Shown here: in pieces, positions 38,741-49,260 of the stretch
Layout: each line of letters opens with the position of its first letter
Position numbering within the stretch: position 1 is the stretch's first letter
Assembly: GCA_963724285.1 (NCBI GenBank)
Contig: CAVRUD010000018.1
Span: forward strand, 37,173 to 101,172
Source of the DNA: an uncultured Chloroflexia bacterium
GTDB taxonomy: Bacteria; Chloroflexota; Chloroflexia; Thermomicrobiales; UBA6265
Reading direction: 5' to 3'
Length of the DNA: 64,000 nt
Made by a program: the position numbers and the translations under genes
The notes under the pieces: model-generated
What the model saw: the letters and a program-made list of their open reading frames with translations, nothing else
The model's database searches: none
What the model was told of the DNA's origin: nothing

Positions 38741-40388
38741 ACGGCAATACCAAGCCTGCTAAGGACGCTCTCGAAGTCCGCATCCGCCCGCTCCCGCTCC
38801 TCCCGCGCCACTGCGAGATCCGCCAAGATCTCCGCCAGCGACCGGTGCTGCACCCGATCCGCCACGTCCACGAACTGCGACGGGCTCAGGTTGTAGTCCG
38901 CCGCCCGGATCTCCTCGATCGCCACCACCCGGCTCAGCTTCGGCCGCCCCTCCCACGCCCGGAACGCTTCGGTTGCCGCATCGATCCCCGCGTCCGTCAG
39001 TTCGTTCTTCGGCTTCCGCTTCACGAAGTGCCGCGAGAGAGTTGATCAGGATCGTCTGCCCCCGCCGCTCTGCCGGCTTGCTCCGATTGAGCAGCAGCAC
39101 GATCCCCGGCGCCGTCGTGTTGTAAAACAGGTTGTCCGGCAGCAGCACCACCCCTTCCACTAGATCGTCTTCGACAAAGGGCCCTACGAAGCTCCCGCTC
39201 CTTGTTCGACCGACTTGCTCCCCGACCCCCGCGACACCGCCCCCGTGTCCAGCACGATCGCCGCCCGCCCGTTCGCCTGCAACGACGCCAGGATGTGCTG
39301 CGCCCACCCCCAGTCCGCCGACGACCGCGGCGCCGCCCCGTACCGGAACCGCCCGAACGGTGTCTTTCTCATAGAAGGATTCCTGGATAGTTGTCCTGGT
39401 TCCACATCGGGTTCGCCACCACGTAGTCGAACCGCCGCACCGCCCCCGCCCCGGTGTTCCCGCCCGCCTCCGGGTTGAACCCCGGCCGCGTGAAGGTGTC
39501 CCCGATCGCGAACTTCGCGTCCGCGTACCCGTGCAGGAACATGTTCATCTTCGCCATCGCGAACGTCGTCGGATTCAGCTCCTGCCCGTACAGCTTCGGC
39601 ACCCGCCCGTCCCGGCACATGCTCCTGCTCGAAGATGAGCCGCGCCTTGATCGAACAATCCCGCCGACCCGCACGCCGGATCGTAGACCTCGCTCCCCGG
39701 CTGCGGATCGATCAGCCGGGCCATCAGCACCCCGACCTGCGTACGGCGTGTAGAACTCCCCCGCGCTCTGCCCCTGCCCCTCCGCGAACTTCCTGCAGCA
39801 GGTATTCATACGCCCGCCCCAGGATGTCGGGCTCCGCTTCTCGAACCCCAACCGGTGCCGGCTAACCACCTCGATCAGCGCCGCCAGCCGCTCGTCCCCC
39901 AGCGTCCGCTCCCCGCTTTGCCGCTCGTTGTAGTCGCGCACATCCAGCACGCCCTGCAGGTCAGGGTTGAGCTTCGCTACCTCCCGCATCGCCGTCGTCA
40001 CAAACTCCCCCAACGACCCATCCACCGGGGTGATTCCGCACCGCGTGCCAGTTGAACGCACCGGAATAGAAAAACCCGCGATCGACGGCCGCCCCCACCC
40101 GCAAACGCGTCCTGCGTGGTCGGCCTCGATCACCTCCCGAGCGATCTCCTCGTCCCCGAACTCCTCGATCTGCCGCGCCAGTTCATCATCAAGCACATCC
40201 GACAGCCGCTTGAAGAAGATCAACGGCAGGATGAAATCCTTGAACTTCGGCGCATCCGTCGCCCCCCGCACCGCGCAGGCCGCATCCCACAGCCACGTCT
40301 CCAGCGCCCCAATATCCAAATGCTCATCCCGCGCCCCGACCGCCGGCAACGCCACCTGCCCGGCTCCGCTCGCCTTCCGCCGCCCCAT
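38737..40388 (-). pseudogene. hsdM: Type I R-M N6-adenine DNA methyltransferase subunit, several frame disruptions
   Basis: The ATG at 40388 follows GGAGGTGG. It contains LETWLWDAACAVRGATDAPKFKDFILPLIFFKRLSDV (HsdM N-domain), GEFYTP, PKLYGQELNPTTFAMAKMNMFLHG, FDYVVANPMWN, and then, in other frames, RFRYGAAPRSSADWGWAQHILASL, VVLLPDNLFYNTTAPGIVLLLNRSK and the C-terminal KRKPKNELTD... Confidence 0.85.
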
Positions 40389-40455
40389 ACTCCACCTCCA
40401 TCTGTACGTACTCCTTGCATGATCGCCTTGCCGTCCTATGGCCGTCAAACCGCAC

Positions 40456-40588
40456 TTGACGAATAAGAACAAATGTTCTATACTGATCCCAAGCGGCACA
40501 CCCGGCGCGGGTGCGGGCCTGGGCAGCGCATCACCTCGCCCGGCTCGGACATCAGCCGTTATCCAGTCCCCACAAGTTCGCTCCCGGA
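40456..40588 (+). promoter_or_regulatory. Right copy (P_R): near-consensus promoter with a GAAC-N4-GTTC palindrome, about 400 nt upstream of ilvD
   Basis: TTGACG (40456..40461), 17 nt, then TATACT (40479..40484). The palindrome AGAACAAATGTTCT (40466..40479) sits in the spacer. A 37-nt perfect match to the left copy lies at 40491..40527. Confidence 0.55.
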
Positions 40589-40738
40589 GGGCCCTCCTCG
40601 CAGGTCGCAGCGCGCCCAGGCCACTCCCGCTCCGCTCTCCACCCCAACAGGTGGTTGGCGTCGCAGCGAAAACGCGTTGGTAAACGCACCACACTAGGCC
40701 ATCGACTGCCCAAACCCGGACACGGCGCCCCGCAACGG

Positions 40739-40802
40739 CCCCTCTCCTCCACGGAGGAGAGGGGGTAGGGGGTGAGGCCTTCTCCTCTCCCCCTTGCCAT
40801 TT
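40739..40802. repeat. Family B palindromic element
   Basis: The hairpin cccctctcctcc-acg-gaggagagggg is followed by gtagggggtgaggccttctcctctccccc. Confidence 0.65.
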
Positions 40803-40884
40803 CCTCCGTCCCCGCCGAAACTGCCCCCTTACCACCAGACCAGCTTCACGCCCCCACCGGGCACCCGGGGACCGGAGACAGACC

Positions 40885-42669
40885 ATGAGCGACAACGGCA
40901 GCAACGGCCACAAGGGCAACGGCACGTTCGACATGCGCCACATGTCCCGCCACCTCCTCGACGGCGTCGAGCGGGCCGGGGCGCGGGCCATGCTCAAGGG
41001 CATCGGCCTGACCGACGAAGACATCAAGAAGCCCATGGTCCTGATCGCCAACACCTGGATCGAGACCATGCCCTGCAACCTCGGCCTCCGCACCCTCGCC
41101 CACGCGGTGAAGGAAGGCGTCAAGGCCGCCGGCGGCACCCCCATGGAGATGAACACCGTCGCCATCTCCGACGGCGTCACCATGGGCACCGAAGGCATGA
41201 AGACCTCCCTCATCTCCCGCGAGTTGATCGCCGACTCGGTCGAGCTCGTCGGCCGCGGTCACATGTTCGACGCCGTCATCGGCCTGGGCGCCTGCGACAA
41301 AACCCTTCCGGGGCTCTCGATGGGCCTCGCCAGATTGAACGTCCCCGGCTTCCTCATCTACGGCGGCACCATCCTCCCCGGCGAGGTCCACGGCAAGGAA
41401 GCCACCGTCCGCCACGTCTACGAAGCCATCGGCGCCTACAAGGCGGGCAAGATCGACGACGCCGAACTCCTCCTCGTCGAGGACCACGCCTGCCCCTCCC
41501 ACGGCGCCTGCGGCGGCCAGTACACCGCCAACACCATGGCGATGGCAATGGAGTTCCTCGGCCTCTCCCCCCTCGGCACCGCCTCCCCGCCCGCCGTCTC
41601 CGAGGAGCAGCTCGCCCAGGGCCTCGCCACCCGGGGAGACATCGTCAACCCGCGCAAGATGGAGATCGGGCGCAAGGCCGGCGCCCTGATCATGCAGCTC
41701 CTGGCGAGCGGCGTCCGCCCGCGCGACATCCTCACACGGGAGGCCTTCGAGAACGCCATCGCCGGTGTCGCCGCCTCGGGCGGCTCGACCAACGCCGTGC
41801 TGCACCTCCTCGCCCTCGCCCGCGAGGTCGGGGTGCCACTCGACATCGCCGACTTCGACACGATCTCGGCCCGCACCCCCCTCATCTGCGACCTCTCCCC
41901 CGGCGGCCGCTACGCCGCCGCCGACCTCGACAAGGCCGGTGGCACCACCGTCGTGGCCCAGCGCCTGATCGAGGGCGGCTGGCTCCGCGGCGACCTCCCG
42001 ACCGCCTCCGGCATGACCTTCGCCCAGGAGGCCGCTACCGCGGTGGAGACTCCCGGCCAGGACGTCATCCGCGCCGTCGACAACCCGATCAAGGAGAGCG
42101 GCGGCCTCGTCATCCTCAAGGGCAACATCGCCCCAGACGGAGCGGTGGTTAAACTCTTCGGCTACGAGCGCGATACCCACACCGGCCCCGCCCGCGTCTA
42201 CGACTCCGAGCCGGCCGCCCTCGACGCCGTCTACAGCCGCCAGATCAACCCCGGCGACGTGGTCGTCATCCGCTACGAAGGTCCGCGCGGTGGCCCCGGC
42301 ATGCAGGAGATGCTCGCCATCACCGCCGGGATCGTCGGCCAGGGCCTGGGCGACAGCGTCGCCCTGATCACCGACGGCCGCTTCTCCGGCGCCACCAAGG
42401 GTTTAATGGTCGGCCACGTCGCCCCGGAGGCGATGGTCGGCGGCCCGATCGCCGCCATCCGCGAGGGCGACACCATCAAGATCGACACGACCAACCGCCG
42501 CCTCGACGTCGACCTGCCCGACGCGGAGATCCGCGCCCGCCTGGCGGAATGGACCCAGCCCGCCCCGCGCTACACGACGGGCGTGCTGGCGAAGTACGCG
42601 GCGCTTGTGACGCAGGCGTCGGAAGGGGCGACGACGCACCCGCCGGCGGCGCTGCTGGGCATCAAATAA
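40885..42669 (+). CDS. ilvD: Dihydroxy-acid dehydratase
   Basis: A 594-aa uninterrupted ORF. ILVD/EDD family motifs [25 protein letters not shown] and [14 protein letters not shown] are present. A GGAGAC ribosome-binding site precedes the ATG. Confidence 0.95.
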   Translation: MSDNGSNGHKGNGTFDMRHMSRHLLDGVERAGARAMLKGIGLTDEDIKKPMVLIANTWIETMPCNLGLRTLAHAVKEGVKAAGGTPMEMNTVAISDGVTMGTEGMKTSLISRELIADSVELVGRGHMFDAVIGLGACDKTLPGLSMGLARLNVPGFLIYGGTILPGEVHGKEATVRHVYEAIGAYKAGKIDDAELLLVEDHACPSHGACGGQYTANTMAMAMEFLGLSPLGTASPPAVSEEQLAQGLATRGDIVNPRKMEIGRKAGALIMQLLASGVRPRDILTREAFENAIAGVAASGGSTNAVLHLLALAREVGVPLDIADFDTISARTPLICDLSPGGRYAAADLDKAGGTTVVAQRLIEGGWLRGDLPTASGMTFAQEAATAVETPGQDVIRAVDNPIKESGGLVILKGNIAPDGAVVKLFGYERDTHTGPARVYDSEPAALDAVYSRQINPGDVVVIRYEGPRGGPGMQEMLAITAGIVGQGLGDSVALITDGRFSGATKGLMVGHVAPEAMVGGPIAAIREGDTIKIDTTNRRLDVDLPDAEIRARLAEWTQPAPRYTTGVLAKYAALVTQASEGATTHPPAALLGIK

Positions 42670-42673
42670 CGGA

Positions 42674-42786
42674 CCTCACCCCCTACCCCCTCTCCTCTGC
42701 GGAAGAGAGGGGCATCCGGCTACGCCACGTTCTCCCCCTTCCCCCCGCTGCGGCAGGGGGAAGGGGGCCGGGGGGGTTAGGGGGCT
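42674..42786. repeat. Family B palindromic element (two hairpins), just after the ilvD stop
   Basis: It consists of cctcaccccctac, the hairpin ccctctcctctgcggaagagagggg, the hairpin cccccttccccccgctgcggcagggggaaggggg, and ggggggttagggggc. Confidence 0.7.
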
Positions 42787-43329
42787 TTGCTCCGACCGCC
42801 AAAGTCCCACCGCGTCGCATCGTTGGGGAAGCGGGTCCAGCCGCGTGCGGAGCGCGGCCGCAACCTGAAGATGCCCCGGGTCGCGGGTTGAGGCAATGCG
42901 CCCCCATATTTCCGTTCCCACGTCTCGACGATCCGAGTGGCCAGACCGGCGTCCGTGACGGTCTCGACATCCTCAGGCGTCGCCGTCGAGAACGACGACA
43001 TCGCTGCCACTCTCCAGGTGCACCGCAAGGGCAGGATTTGCGGCCATGTTGCGCGCCCACCTGGCCGTCGGGATGCCGTCGAAGTAGAACGCCCCATCCA
43101 CCCAGACACCCCAGACGGGCGCCACGTGCGGCCGTCCATTCGGCCCGGTCGTCGCCAGCCAGTAGGTCTGGGCCCGCTCCAGCCGTTCAACAACCGCCGA
43201 CCAGGGGACCAGGGGATCGTCTTCGGCAGCTTGCAGATAGCCTCCCGGCATCCGCAACCGGCTTGCCCGTGGCTCACCCCGGATCTCCTCACCCATCAGG
43301 AAGCCCACTTTCTTCATCAAACGCCTCAT
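42777..43329 (-). pseudogene. Pyridoxamine 5'-phosphate oxidase-family protein, one frame disruption
   Basis: PLVPWSAVVERLERAQTYWLATTGPNGRPHVAPVWGVWVDGAFYF...VHLESGSDVVVLDGDA stops at the TGA at 42975..42973. It then continues in the next frame as EDVETVTDAGLATRIVETWERKYGG. The start codon is uncertain (43329, 43296 or 43251). Confidence 0.6.
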
Positions 43330-43442
43330 TGGGACCGGAAAAGGCAGCAGACAGAGACGCAGACCCACTGGTCGCGTCGTCCATATGACGACTTGTGCCC
43401 CATGTCGTGTGGTGTCGATACCCAGGCGACGTCCGAGGCGAC

Positions 43443-43832
43443 CTAGTTCTTCCCCGCCGCGATCAGCACCAACCCGGCGCAGATGAGCAAACCCACCATG
43501 ACCAGCACGGTAATCCCGGCCGGAAGCCACGCCCCGTCCCGGGTGGAATCCGGCAGCGCCTCCGCGTCCCAGTCCTCTTCGTCCGTCGAACGTTGAGGCG
43601 AAACCTCCGGCACAGCAACCGGAGCACCCGCCTCCGCTTCGACCCGCGGATCGGCCCCATCGGCCGGCTCTGACGCCACAACGTTCAGGGGAGCAGCCTC
43701 ACCCACCTCCTCCGGAGGCGGCGCAAGATGCCGCTCCGCCGCGGCGGACGTCGCAGCGATACCCGGCGCAACCGGGCGCGATTGCTTGGCGCGCCGCACC
43801 CGGCGGCGAGGCGGTTCGTTACCCATGCCCAC
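43443..43832 (-). CDS. Hypothetical protein with a C-terminal TM anchor
   Basis: A 129-aa ORF with a low-complexity acidic/proline region, followed by WLPAGITVLVMVGLLICAGLVLIAAG. Confidence 0.4.
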   Translation of the reverse strand: MGMGNEPPRRRVRRAKQSRPVAPGIAATSAAAERHLAPPPEEVGEAAPLNVVASEPADGADPRVEAEAGAPVAVPEVSPQRSTDEEDWDAEALPDSTRDGAWLPAGITVLVMVGLLICAGLVLIAAGKN

Positions 43833-43928
43833 AAGCGTACCAAAGTGGGTGGCAATCAGCCGTCAGCTACCGAGCGTCATCGGTCCGCGGTCAGCCGTTG
43901 CCCACAACATTGTGCTGACGACTGACGG

Positions 43929-45410
43929 CTAAACCACTCCCCCCAGCAACGGCAGCACGAGATCCTCCCAATTCGCCTGCACGACGGTCCGATACGGCTC
44001 GACCGTCACAATCCGGATCAGCCGCCGGTGCTCCTCGTACCGCTTGAAGTCCTCGTCGCCCAGCCCGACCACCTCCCGCCACGGCATCAATTCCCCAAAC
44101 CCGACCGGCGGTTGCTCGAACCTGATCCAGACCTCCGTCCGCCACTTCTCCGGCTTGGGGATGTCGATCAGGACGGCCTCCGGCGGCACCGGCGCTCCCA
44201 CGTGGGTCTCCAGCCGGGACGCCAGTCGGATCTCTACCTCCCGGCGCGCCCCTGGATCGAAGTAGAGGTTTCCTAATCGCCCGTAAAGCTCCACCGCCCG
44301 GGCGCTGAACTCGACCGCCCGCTTATGGATTCGCCGGTCCTTCAGCGCCTCCGTCAGCCGCCGCGTCTCGGCCGGCATCTCCGCTCCGGAGAAGAGCGCC
44401 AACAACGACGCGTCGTCGTGCCCGGTCAGCTCCTCGGGCGTCACGGCCCCCGCCAGGACCGCCTCCTGCGTCGCCCTGAGGAGCATCGCCATGCAGGCGC
44501 GGTTGGTGTGATGCCAGTAGACGTTGTCGAACATCTCTTGCCGCGCGTTGATCAGCGAGTGCAGCGGGCTGACCCCCTTGCTGCCGACGACGATACGGAA
44601 CGAGGGGGACAGAGCTACGCGTTGAGGGAGACAAGGCTATCGCCTTGAGGGGGGAGAGGGGGAGGGGACAGGGCGTTCTCCTTCTCTCCCCCTCTCCCCC
44701 TCAGCCCGCAGGGCTGTCCCCCTCAAAGCGTCAGCTTTGTCCCCCCCGTAGATCTCCAGCGCATCGATCAGCCGCGCCGTATCGACTCCTCCGTAGGGCA
44801 CGCTGCAGGCGCGGGCATCGCGGGGCAGGTAGTCGAGTTTGTCCATATCCAGCGGGCCGGAGAGGAGGCCGCGTAGCGTCCGGTCGGCCGGCGGCAGATC
44901 CCGGCCTTTCGGGTCGATCATGGCCGCGACCCGTTCGGGATCGACCTGCCACGCCTCCCGCAGGATCGGCGCGATCTCGCCGTCCGGATCGGCAATGAGG
45001 CGCCGCCCGACCGTCTCGTGCGGCAAGATCGGCGACCCCAGCTCCTCGATCGCGTGGGAGAACGGGTAGTGCCCAATGTCGTGCAGCAGCGCCGCGGCGC
45101 AGACGGTCCGGGCATCCTCATCGGTGATCCAGGCCCCGGACTCCCGCGAGCGGAGATGGGCGACCGCCTCCCGCGTGACGTGCAGCACCCCGAGCGAATG
45201 CTCGTAGCGGGTGTGCTTGGCGCCCGGCCACACCCGGGAGACGAATCCCAACTGCTGCACCCTGTCCATCCGCAGGAAGGCTCGGGTCGCCATCAGGGCC
45301 GTCTCCGGCTCCCCCAGCGGAATCCGGTCATACAGCCCATCCCGCACCGTCGTCGTCACCGGAAACGCCGTCCCCGGCGTCAACCAGGGCACCCGTGGCT
45401 GCGTCGGCAT
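43929..45410 (-). pseudogene. HD-domain phosphohydrolase (dNTP triphosphohydrolase-like), split by a single in-frame TAG inside an inserted palindromic element
   Basis: The N-terminal ORF 44637..45410 (RYEHSLGV...LLHDIGHYPFSH...DMDKLDYLPRDA...) and the C-terminal ORF 43929..44534 (...MFDNVYWHHTNR...) are in the same frame (1482 nt in total). The only stop between them is the TAG at 44639..44637. Confidence 0.75.
44601..44747. mobile_element. Nested palindromic (MITE/RPE-like) element inserted in frame in the HD-domain gene
   Basis: The outer inverted arms are gagggggacagagctacgcgttgaggg and ccctcaaagcgtcagctttgtccccc. The inner arms are tgaggggggagagggggagggga and tccttctccccctctccccctca. 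The boundaries are approximate. Confidence 0.65.
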
Positions 45411-45429
45411 GAGGAAGCTCCTCAGAAGA

Positions 45430-45644
45430 GCCCCCTAACCCCCAAACCCTTCCCACGCTGCGGCAGGGGGAAGGGGAGCGCTCTCGCGGGCAGCGGCGCG
45501 GGCATCGTCCCCTCTCCCGCGCCCGGGAGATGGGTGGCGCGCAGCGCCGGGGTGAGGGCTGTCGCTGGTCACGGGGTGAGCCTTGGAAAGGACTCCCCCT
45601 TCGCCCTGCCGCAGCGGGGGGAAGGGGGTTGGGGGTTAGGGGGC
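45430..45644. repeat. Family B composite element (inverted pair of GGGGAAGGGGG hairpins)
   Basis: The left end is gccccctaacccccaaacccttcccacgctgcggcagggggaagggg. The right end is cccccttcgccctgccgcagcggggggaagggggttgggggttagggggc. About 120 bp lies between them. Confidence 0.7.
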
Positions 45645-45846
45645 TGTCTCTCCGTCTCCCCACCTCTCCCTCAAAGCATACCTCCATCACAAAACAGTCA
45701 TCACCACATCGCGCCGATTGCGGTACTCGTGTTAAGGTGCCTGCCGCACGAACCGCGGTGCCGCCGTTCGCGGCCGGCGACCAACACCGAACGACGCGAC
45801 GAGGACGACTCACCATGCCCTTTGCGACCTCAGGCGACCGCTCGTC

Positions 45847-47348
45847 ATGACGGAGCGCCATTCCCTAACCAAGACCACGCCGACCACATCCACCGGTCAG
45901 ACGAACCAGGCCGGCGTCGTGGTTATCGGCGCCGGCATCGCCGGACTCGCCGCCGCCTACCGCCTCTCGACCCTTCTCCCACCTGACATCGGCCAGTCCA
46001 TCACCCTGATCGAACGAGAGACCCGCCTCGGGGGCAAACTCCAGACCGAGACGATCGACGAATTCGTCATCGAAGGCGGCCCCGACTCATTCCTTTCGGC
46101 CAAACCGCAAGCCCTCGCCCTCTGCACCGAACTCGGGCTCGCGGGCCACCTACAAGGGACCGATCCCGCCCGCAAAGGCGCCTTCGTTTACCACCGCAAC
46201 CGCCTCCACCCCCTCCCCGAAGGTTTAACGGGGCTCGTTCCCACCAAGCTCGGGCCTGTCTTCCGATCTCGCCTGCTCTCGCCGGGAGGCAAAGCCCGGC
46301 TCGCCCTCGACTACGCCATTCCGGCCCGCCACGCCGATCACGACGAGAGCCTCGGCGACTTCGTCAGCCGCCGCCTCGGCCGGGAAGCCTTCGAGCGGCT
46401 GGTGGAACCGCTCATGGCCGGGATCTACGCCGGCGACGGCCGCCAGCTCAGCCTGGCCGCCACCTTCCCCCAGCTGCGCACGGGAGAACTGGAACACGGC
46501 GGCCTGATCAAGGGGGTCCTCGCTGCCCGCGCCGCCGCCCCAAAACCTCCATCCGGTTCCGCACGCCAGTCGGCCTTCCTCTCGCCGATCGGCGGGATGG
46601 CAGAGATCGTTCAGGCGTTAGAGACTCGCCTGCATGAGAACGGCGTCCGCATCATGACCGGGCGGCATGCCACCGGCCTTGCCGCGATGCCAGGCCCGGA
46701 GGGTGACTACGTTCTCACCCTGGATGGCCGGGAATCGCTCCAGGCCAGCGCCGTCATCCTTGCCATCCCAGCCTTCGCCGCATCCGATCTCCTCCGTGGG
46801 CTCGATCCGCTGGCGTCGTCGATCCTCGGCCAGATCCCCCACGTCTCGACCGCGACCGTCTCGGTCGCCTACCACAACGACGACGTTCCCCATCCGCTGA
46901 ACGGCTACGGCTACATCGTTCCCCGCATCGCCAACCGCTCGGTCCTGGCCTGCACCTGGACTTCGCGCAAGTGGCGCGGCCGCGCCCCGGATGGCTACAC
47001 CCTCCTGCGTGCCTTCATCGGCCGCGCTGGTCAGGAGCAATCCCTGGCGGGATCGGACGACGACCTCATCGCTCTCGCCCAGGACGAAGTTCGCCAAACC
47101 CTCAAGATCACCGCGGCGCCGGTGCTGGCCCGGGTATCGCGCTGGCTCCAGGGAATGCCGCAGTACACCCTGGGCCATCCCGATCGCCTGGTGACCATCG
47201 ACGAACGGCTCGCCGCCCATCCCGGCCTCTTTGCGGCCGGAGCCGCCTACCGTGGATCGGCATCCCCGATTGCATCCGCTCCGGCGAAGCCGCCGCCCAG
47301 GCCGCCGCGGCCCATCTCGGCCCGATCGCCCGCAGGTCGGCGGCATAG
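45847..47348 (+). pseudogene. hemY: Protoporphyrinogen/coproporphyrinogen III oxidase (HemY/CgoX family), 3'-terminal frame disruption
   Basis: It has an FAD motif (VVVIGAGIAGLAAAY) and full-length similarity to HemY. At about 47254..47257 the frame shifts (apparent 1-nt deletion). The conserved end GIPDCIRSGEAAAQAAAAHLG lies in the frame that stops at 47348. Confidence 0.8.
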
Positions 47349-47382
47349 GTCGCCCGTTGGAACGGCTGGCCGCCTTTTGGGG

Positions 47383-47510
47383 CCGCCCGGGGCTCACGGC
47401 CCGGGCTAAGAAAGTCAGCCTCTCCGAGGCTGAAACGAGACGGTTCCGTTAGCCTCGGAGAGGCTGTGACGTTGAGCCCGGGCCAACCTTGGGCCGTGAG
47501 CCCCGGGCGG
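47383..47510. repeat. Family A composite palindromic element
   Basis: The sequence is cccggggctcacggcccggg...agcctctccgaggct...agcctcggagaggct...cccgggccaaccttgggccgtgagccccggg. Confidence 0.7.
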
Positions 47511-47514
47511 CTCC

Positions 47515-47952
47515 TTACGGCAACTGCACCGCGCTGATCCGGGCTTCGACCGTATGCGCAGCCACATCGAGCGTCGTCACGATCTCGCCCTCGGCCACGT
47601 CGTGGCTGGCGAGCAGGGCAATATCGACCGTCGTCTCCTCGACCACCTGGTCGCCCTGGGTGAACTCCACGATCGCGACGATGTCGGTGGCCGCATCGGC
47701 GCCGTCGTTGCGGACCTCATACGGGATGTAGGTCTGGCCATCGCGGACCTCGGCCTGGTCGACCGCCAGCTCGATGGCAACGACGGCGCCGCTGGGGTCG
47801 TCCCGCAGGAAGATCTCGGCCAGCGCCGCCCCGATGAGCGCCAGAACGACCACCGCGCTGATCGCCAGCGTCGTCCACTCGGCCACCGTCCGCTGTTCGG
47901 GCCGCTCTTCTTGGTCCTCGCCGCCGGACCGCCGGCCGTCCCGCTCACCCAT
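47515..47952 (-). CDS. TIGR02588-like conserved hypothetical protein (single N-terminal TM)
   Basis: EWTTLAISAVVVLALIGAALAEIF...YIPYEVRNDGADAATDIVAIVEF...ARISAVQLP. This fits my recollection of the TIGR02588 family and its pairing with a TIGR02587 membrane protein upstream. Confidence 0.55.
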   Translation of the reverse strand: MGERDGRRSGGEDQEERPEQRTVAEWTTLAISAVVVLALIGAALAEIFLRDDPSGAVVAIELAVDQAEVRDGQTYIPYEVRNDGADAATDIVAIVEFTQGDQVVEETTVDIALLASHDVAEGEIVTTLDVAAHTVEARISAVQLP

Positions 47953-47979
47953 ACTCGCCGCCCTTCCACCCGCATTCGC

Positions 47980-48907
47980 TCATTCCGCCAGCCGCCCCGC
48001 CGCCCCGCCGATCGCCGCGGGCAGCCCCAGGATCACGACCTGGGCATAGATCAGCGCCCAATCCGTCTCGAGCGTCGATCTGGCCAAAGAGCGCCAGCAG
48101 CGCCGCCGCCGTCACCAGCGACATCAGGTAGGCGATCACCGTCTCGGTGATCGGCCGCTGGAACACCCCGGTCGATCGCAGCCGTTGCTCCTCTCCCCCG
48201 AACCCGGCCACGAAGACGATCCCGTAGCTCACCGCCAGGGAAAACAGGATGATGAACGGCAGGTACACAACCGGAATCTCGGTCGCCAGCAGGGGAATCT
48301 CGTCGGTCGGAGCAATGCTGATCGAGAGGAACAACGCGCCGCCGAAAGCCGCGCCAAGGTCGAGCGCGACCGCCCGGCTGGGACTCGGGAATGATGGCTC
48401 GTCGCGCTCGTCCTCGCCCGCTCCCGTGCGCGTCTCTCGCCGCCCCAGCAGGTGATTCGCGATGGAGACTCCGACGCTGATCGGCAAGGTGATGACCGCG
48501 ATCCGCCCGATCGCGACGTTCGAAGGCGTACTCCATTCGATTTGGTGCAGCAGCGCCAAGCTCATCGTGGCGGCGACGATCGCCAGGGCCGTGGCCTCGA
48601 CCGCATCGCCGACCGGCCGGACCGATCCAGGTTCGGCCCGATGGAAGCCGGCGAAGCTCACGAAGGCAAGATTCAGGGCAAAAGCACAGACGAGGAAGAC
48701 GAGCGGCTTGGCCGGCGATCTTATCTCGCCCGCCTGCCACATCTCCATCGTATAGATCAGCGGGATGCCGATGAGAAACCCGCCGGTCAGCCCCCGCAGG
48801 ATGCCGTCGAGTTCACCGGGCCATCCCCCGGCGTGCGGCCCGCTCCACGCGGCGGTTTGCTGCCGCGCCCGTTCTTGTCCCGCTCCCCGCCCTGCCTGCT
48901 CATCCAT
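47980..48907 (-). pseudogene. TIGR02587-like multi-pass membrane protein, 3'-terminal frame disruption
   Basis: The ATG at 48907 follows AAGGAG and opens MDEQAGRG...GFLIGIPLIYTMEMWQAG. It has multiple TM segments. The frame shifts near 48075..48082, and the hydrophobic end DWALIYAQVVILGLPAAIGGAAGRLAE lies in the frame that stops at 47980. Confidence 0.55.
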
Positions 48908-49260
48908 CCCCCGCTCCTTAACCCCACGTGCCGCCCAACCCCGAGCTGGCCACGCCACGGGACCGGTGACCTTGAGCCCGTGAATCAGTGAATCATAGGG
49001 TCGGCGTGCCCTCAATTCCTCGGCGGCGATTGGCGAACACACCCAATCGCCAGATTGAACCGGCATCCTGCCACTATTGACCAGCCTGTCCCCCCGTGCT
49101 ACAAACACGTCCCCTGACGAACGACGACCGTTTGTGCGGGCCCCCAGTGCCACCGCCGCTATCACCCCCTGACTTCGTCGAAGAGGACCTGCCGCCGCGC
49201 CGCGGATTTCGGAATCGGCCGCCCTCTTCGTTTCGAGATCCGACTCCTCGGGGGAGCCAG

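Noticed and set aside
40484-40885. A possible T-box or other riboswitch in the long ilvD leader.
   Set aside because: I looked for the conserved T-box core (GGGTGGTACCGCG-like) and found only aggtggttggcgtcg near 40648, which does not fit. No other riboswitch core was recognised by eye. The question remains open pending a covariance-model search.
42968-42978. Programmed +1 frameshifting at the two C-TGA-GGA sites (also 54706..54716).
   Set aside because: The codon before TGA (GCC or GAC) cannot re-pair in the +1 frame, and there is no upstream Shine-Dalgarno-like stimulator as in prfB. A simple T insertion is more likely.
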